Origin: Flammeovirgaceae bacterium
GTDB taxonomy: Bacteria; Bacteroidota; Bacteroidia; Cytophagales; Flammeovirgaceae
Length of the DNA: 64,000 nucleotides
Direction of reading: 5' to 3'
Assembly: GCA_965225715.1 (NCBI GenBank)
Contig: CBDDBK010000002.1
Coordinates: forward strand, 1,324,416 to 1,388,415
Positions 60,433 through 64,000 of the stretch are shown here, one piece after another. Numbering within the stretch: the stretch's first letter is position 1; every line of letters begins with the position of its first letter. The notes beneath the pieces are model-generated. The model was given only the letters and a program-made list of their open reading frames with translations. It made no database searches and had not been told where the DNA came from. The position numbers and the translations under genes are program-made.

Positions 60433-60930
60433 GAAGTTGTTTACAAATTAATTTGGAAAAATAAAAAAACATGGGCAAATTTGTAAGTATTTAGCTTTTA
60501 AATAGTTATCTAAACAAATTAAGCCCATGTCTATTGTAAAAACAATGATAACACAAAAAGATTTTCAGCCAAAAATTTTACCCCATATTCTGAGTATAAG
60601 GTTGTCTTCAAGAGGTAAAAAATCTAAAATTGGTTCTTATAAACTTTATTGTTATATGCTTTACAAAGCGAAATCAGGCTGTCAATGGAGAATGTTAGCT
60701 ATTGAAAATAAGGAAATTACATAGAATGGAGTGTATTCTACTTTTAGCAGATGGTCTAAGCATAATGTTTTTGAAAAGATTTTCAAGGCTTCTGTAGGCC
60801 ATTTAAAAAGTGATCCTATAGCTGGTCAATTATCTGAAATTAATTTAGATGGCACCCATAGTCTAGCTAAGAATGGTGCTGAAGCAGTAGCTTATCAGAG
60901 GCGTAAAAAAGGCAAAACGACTAACTTATT
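60433..60930 (+). mobile_element. 3'-truncated second copy of the IS at 35539-36429
   Basis: Same left inverted repeat and leader (AGAAGTTGTTTACAAATTAATTTGG...). Homology to copy 1 ends after CTAACTTATT at 60930. The transposase reading frame is split (ORFs 60527-60724 and 60731-60961) by a TAG and a frame change. Confidence 0.75.
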
Positions 60931-61052
60931 AGTGAAAATTAAATATAATTATAATTTTTGATTCCCTAATTTTTAGAAAATTTTAATAAAATAAAAAAAG
61001 CTTTAAAATAAAAATGTATCTTGCTTTTCATAAATAATTTCATTTAATTGAG

Positions 61053-61850
61053 GTGATGGAAGAAACAGCAAGTTTAGAAATTAGAATAATTGGTCAAGCT
61101 GGCAATAAAGAATTAAAGCCGGTGCATTATGATATCAAAGAACTTAGCGCTTTGTTCAAAAGCGTGGGGAGCTTGTTGCGTCCTGACACTAAAAATCAAG
61201 AAACTATAATTTCATACCTTCTTCAAGAGGGTTCTGTCCGAAATACTTTTACAACTTCAAAAAAGCATATAGAAGCTATCCAAAAAATCCTTCTAACCCT
61301 ATTTGCTCAAAAAACTATTGATTTTTTATTAGAAAATGAAGAAAATGAAAAGATAGCTTTAGCTATTGAATCTCTTCAAGAAGAAGCCTATAAGAAAGAA
61401 AGAACTTTTGAGTTAAAAACAAGTTTAGGAATTGATAAAGAGCTTGTTATATCTCCTAAAACAAATTATATAAGACCAGAATCTTACTGGTTCGATTCGG
61501 AATTTTATTTGTATGGCGAATTGCAAAACATTGGAGGGAAAAAAAAATGCAACATTCATATTGGAAGTGATGAATATGGAGATCTTATTGTACAAACTGA
61601 TAAAACGACTATAGAGCATTTAAAAGAGAATCTGTTGTACAAAACGATAGGCATTAGGGCAAGTGGAAAGGAAAATATAAAGGGTGAGTTTAAGAAAAAT
61701 AGTTTAAAACTAATAGAATTTTTGGATTACAATCCGACTTATGACCAAAATTATATCAATCAATGGATTGCCAAAGCAGGAAAACACTGGAAAGGTGTTG
61801 ACCCTGAAAAATGGTTATCTGAATTAAGAGGCGATTATGATGACTTATAG
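61053..61850 (+). CDS. Hypothetical 265-aa protein, translationally coupled to the downstream PIN gene
   Basis: No motif recognised. Its last 14 nt overlap the PIN ORF start. C-terminal ...KHWKGVDPEKWLSELRGDYDDL. Confidence 0.5.
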   Translation: MMEETASLEIRIIGQAGNKELKPVHYDIKELSALFKSVGSLLRPDTKNQETIISYLLQEGSVRNTFTTSKKHIEAIQKILLTLFAQKTIDFLLENEENEKIALAIESLQEEAYKKERTFELKTSLGIDKELVISPKTNYIRPESYWFDSEFYLYGELQNIGGKKKCNIHIGSDEYGDLIVQTDKTTIEHLKENLLYKTIGIRASGKENIKGEFKKNSLKLIEFLDYNPTYDQNYINQWIAKAGKHWKGVDPEKWLSELRGDYDDL

Positions 61851-62334
61851 TGTATTGTTAGACACCAGTTTTCTGATTCATTTTTTTAATAAAGATGCAA
61901 ACTTGCACCAAAATGCGCAAGACTATTTTAAATATTTTCAAGACCACAGTATTAAGATTGTAGTTTCAGCAATTGCCGCATGGGAATATTGTGTGAAAGG
62001 CAAAATAGATGATATTATCACGCCCCAGTTTCAATCCATTGATTTTAGAATGCGCCACGCAAAAGAAGCGGGTTTATTTACCAAAATACTTGAACATAAA
62101 AAAGAACTAAAAGAGCACGAATTATGGGATAGAACATGCGTTAAGAATGATACCCTTTTATTTACCCAAGCGCATGTGAGCAAAAACATTAAATATTTTG
62201 TAACAGCAGATAAAAAATGTCAAAAAAAATATACCATTTTGCAAAATAAAATCAAACTTGATTTTGAAATTTTAGATATTCATATATCCTACAACGTAAA
62301 ATTTGATATTTCTAATTCTACAGACTTATTCTAA
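61837..62334 (+). CDS. PIN-domain nuclease
   Basis: Four spaced acidic residues in PIN-typical contexts: LLDTSFLI (D9), AAWEY (E50), KNDTLLF (D105) and VTADKK (D124). 165 aa. Confidence 0.6.
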   Translation: MMTYSVLLDTSFLIHFFNKDANLHQNAQDYFKYFQDHSIKIVVSAIAAWEYCVKGKIDDIITPQFQSIDFRMRHAKEAGLFTKILEHKKELKEHELWDRTCVKNDTLLFTQAHVSKNIKYFVTADKKCQKKYTILQNKIKLDFEILDIHISYNVKFDISNSTDLF

Positions 62335-63851
62335 ACCTTCACCGCTCCATTAATATTCAAATCAAGCACTTCTAAGTTTTCTAAACCTTCTTTATCAATA
62401 ACTTTAACGGCTATTTGGTGAGCACCAGCCTTAAATTTACAGTTCTGTTTACCTGTTTTGTCAAATAAGATTTGGGGATTAAAACCTTTATTTTCAAAGT
62501 ATTTTAAATCCCATGTAAAGAATTCTATACCGCTTTCGCTTTGGGCTTCTGCTTGAAATTTAACTTCGCGCAAGCCTTTAGCATCTATGCCTAAATCTTC
62601 AAAAGTTAAATGCAGCTTGGGCTTTTGAGCTATGGGCACAATATCAGAAACAGAAAGCAATTCGATGCGTATATTTTCTTTATTTTTTAGACGAGCAACT
62701 TCTTGAATAGCACCTTTTCCAAAACTAAAAGCAATGATATAGCCGATAGGTTTTTCAGATTCGATATTTTGGTCATAGTGTTTTTTATCAAAACGCCGAA
62801 CAGCAGATACAAAATTATCGATAACATTTCTACCGATAGTATCGCTTCGCTTGACTTGAATAGGGGTATTTGTTTTTGTTTTTCCATCAATACCATAATC
62901 GTTTCGTTGTTTAACATTGGGAATAGCATTAAATTGTTCAATTATCCATGTTTCAAACTCAAAAGCAGGTTTATTACGCAAAATATCGTAATCGTATTTA
63001 TGCAGCTGAACGGCAAAAGGTTTCGAATATAAATTGGCGTTTTTTTGTAGCCGTAATTCAGTTACTTTTATGGCTTGTACAGATTGGTCTATACCTATCC
63101 ATTGACGGTTTAGTTTTTCGGCAACAGCTAGGGTTGTTCCGCCTCCGACAAAAGGGTCTAAAATAATGTCGCCCTCGTTGGAACTGGCTTTAATAATGCG
63201 TTCTAAAAGTTTTTCGGGTTTTTGAGTAGGGTAGCCGATGCGCTCATGTTTAGATATTTGCCCACCTGCATGAATATCATACCACCAATCAAAAGGAATT
63301 TTCCCTTGAAGATATTGAGTAAATTCTTTACCTTTAAATTTAATACCTTTCTTTTTAGTTTCTGCATATTTTCTACGTTTTAAAGTAGTTTCGTCATAAG
63401 GTATTAAAATAGATTCTTTATTAAAAATGTATGTATTACTTTTAGAATAGCTATAAATGGTATCGTGTTTTTTTGGAAAATTTTTGCTCACATTTGATGG
63501 TCCATTATAACACCATATAATTTCTCCTCTAAGATTCTTTATCCCAAAAATTTTATCTAAAATATCAACTCGGATATAGGCGTTGGCATGCCAATCACAA
63601 TGTAAATATAATGATCCTGTGGGTTTTAAAAGTCTGTACAGCTCTTCTATACGTTCTTTAAGCCACGCGATATAATGGTCTATTCCTCCAGACCAGCGGT
63701 CTTTAAAAGATCGAATTTCACCCTCATCGCCCCAAATAACTTCATAATTACGGTTACTAAAAAAAGGCGGATCCAAATAAATTAAATCTATAGATTCGCT
63801 GTCTATTTTTTTTAAAATCTCTAAATTGTCTCCAAGGATGAGTTGATTCAT
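62331..63851 (-). CDS. Beta-class DNA methyltransferase fused to an Mrr/PD-(D/E)xK-like nuclease module and a C-terminal Ig/PKD-like domain
   Basis: Motif IV LIYLDPPFF near the N-terminus and motif I ILDPFVGGGTT later (beta-class order). Then FEFETWIIEQF...DYGIDGKTKTNTPIQVKRSDTIGRNVIDNF (Mrr-cat-like D...D-x-K pattern) and a C-terminal beta-rich tail AGAHQIAVKVIDKEG. Confidence 0.75.
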   Translation of the reverse strand: MNQLILGDNLEILKKIDSESIDLIYLDPPFFSNRNYEVIWGDEGEIRSFKDRWSGGIDHYIAWLKERIEELYRLLKPTGSLYLHCDWHANAYIRVDILDKIFGIKNLRGEIIWCYNGPSNVSKNFPKKHDTIYSYSKSNTYIFNKESILIPYDETTLKRRKYAETKKKGIKFKGKEFTQYLQGKIPFDWWYDIHAGGQISKHERIGYPTQKPEKLLERIIKASSNEGDIILDPFVGGGTTLAVAEKLNRQWIGIDQSVQAIKVTELRLQKNANLYSKPFAVQLHKYDYDILRNKPAFEFETWIIEQFNAIPNVKQRNDYGIDGKTKTNTPIQVKRSDTIGRNVIDNFVSAVRRFDKKHYDQNIESEKPIGYIIAFSFGKGAIQEVARLKNKENIRIELLSVSDIVPIAQKPKLHLTFEDLGIDAKGLREVKFQAEAQSESGIEFFTWDLKYFENKGFNPQILFDKTGKQNCKFKAGAHQIAVKVIDKEGLENLEVLDLNINGAVKV

Positions 63852-64000
63852 GAAAAGTTGCTACTTTTTAAATAATTTATCTCAGCCAAATAGTCAGTCT
63901 GTTTGAAAAAAAGATTTTTGGAGGTTTTAAGCCTGTTAATATTGAAAATGAATGCTTCCAAGATAAAAATAGCATTCTTATAAAATCAAAAATTCTTTTT

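Noticed and set aside
35539-60930. The two same-orientation copies of one IS could define a 25-kb composite transposon carrying the paralog array and A2M
   Set aside because: The enclosed region contains the housekeeping gene aroC. The second copy is truncated and lacks its outer end, both transposases are dead, and no target duplications are visible.

Overview
AT-rich Bacteroidota-type chromosomal segment, judged from T9SS C-terminal sorting domains, many lipoprotein signal peptides and TAnnTTTG-type promoter boxes. The left 40 kb is mostly housekeeping: queA, rplU-rpmA, gap, valS, rlmN, aroC, a GH31 alpha-glucosidase, MlaD, a histidine kinase and an edge-truncated PP2C sensor missing from the ORF track. 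It is interrupted by decayed IS elements (ISAs1-like, two IS5-like families, a MITE-like derivative, solo ends) and a single-chain type IIG restriction-modification enzyme. A promoter- and terminator-bracketed long imperfect hairpin at 8.4-8.6 kb is a candidate 6S-like ncRNA. At 32.8-35.5 kb lies a secreted protein with plant-type leucine-rich repeats. From 41.3 to 50.7 kb there is a head-to-tail array of four 694-aa paralogs (lipoprotein signal, three cadherin-like domains, seven-bladed beta-propeller) plus the stump of a fifth copy cut at an IS end. Their N-terminal halves are almost identical, while the propeller halves vary at recurrent blade positions. A 1839-aa thioester alpha-2-macroglobulin follows. 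The right end (56.7-63.9 kb) looks like a small defence island. It holds two Uma2 endonuclease paralogs bracketing a SMODS-like nucleotidyltransferase + 2TM SLATT-like effector operon and a DUF4160/DUF2442 pair, then a truncated IS, a 265-aa unknown protein translationally coupled to a PIN nuclease, and a methyltransferase fused to an Mrr-like nuclease. My best candidates for an undescribed system are the SMODS/SLATT pair, the 265-aa + PIN pair and the diversifying cadherin-propeller array. No rRNA, tRNA or CRISPR array was seen. All domain calls come from motif recognition by eye, not from searches.
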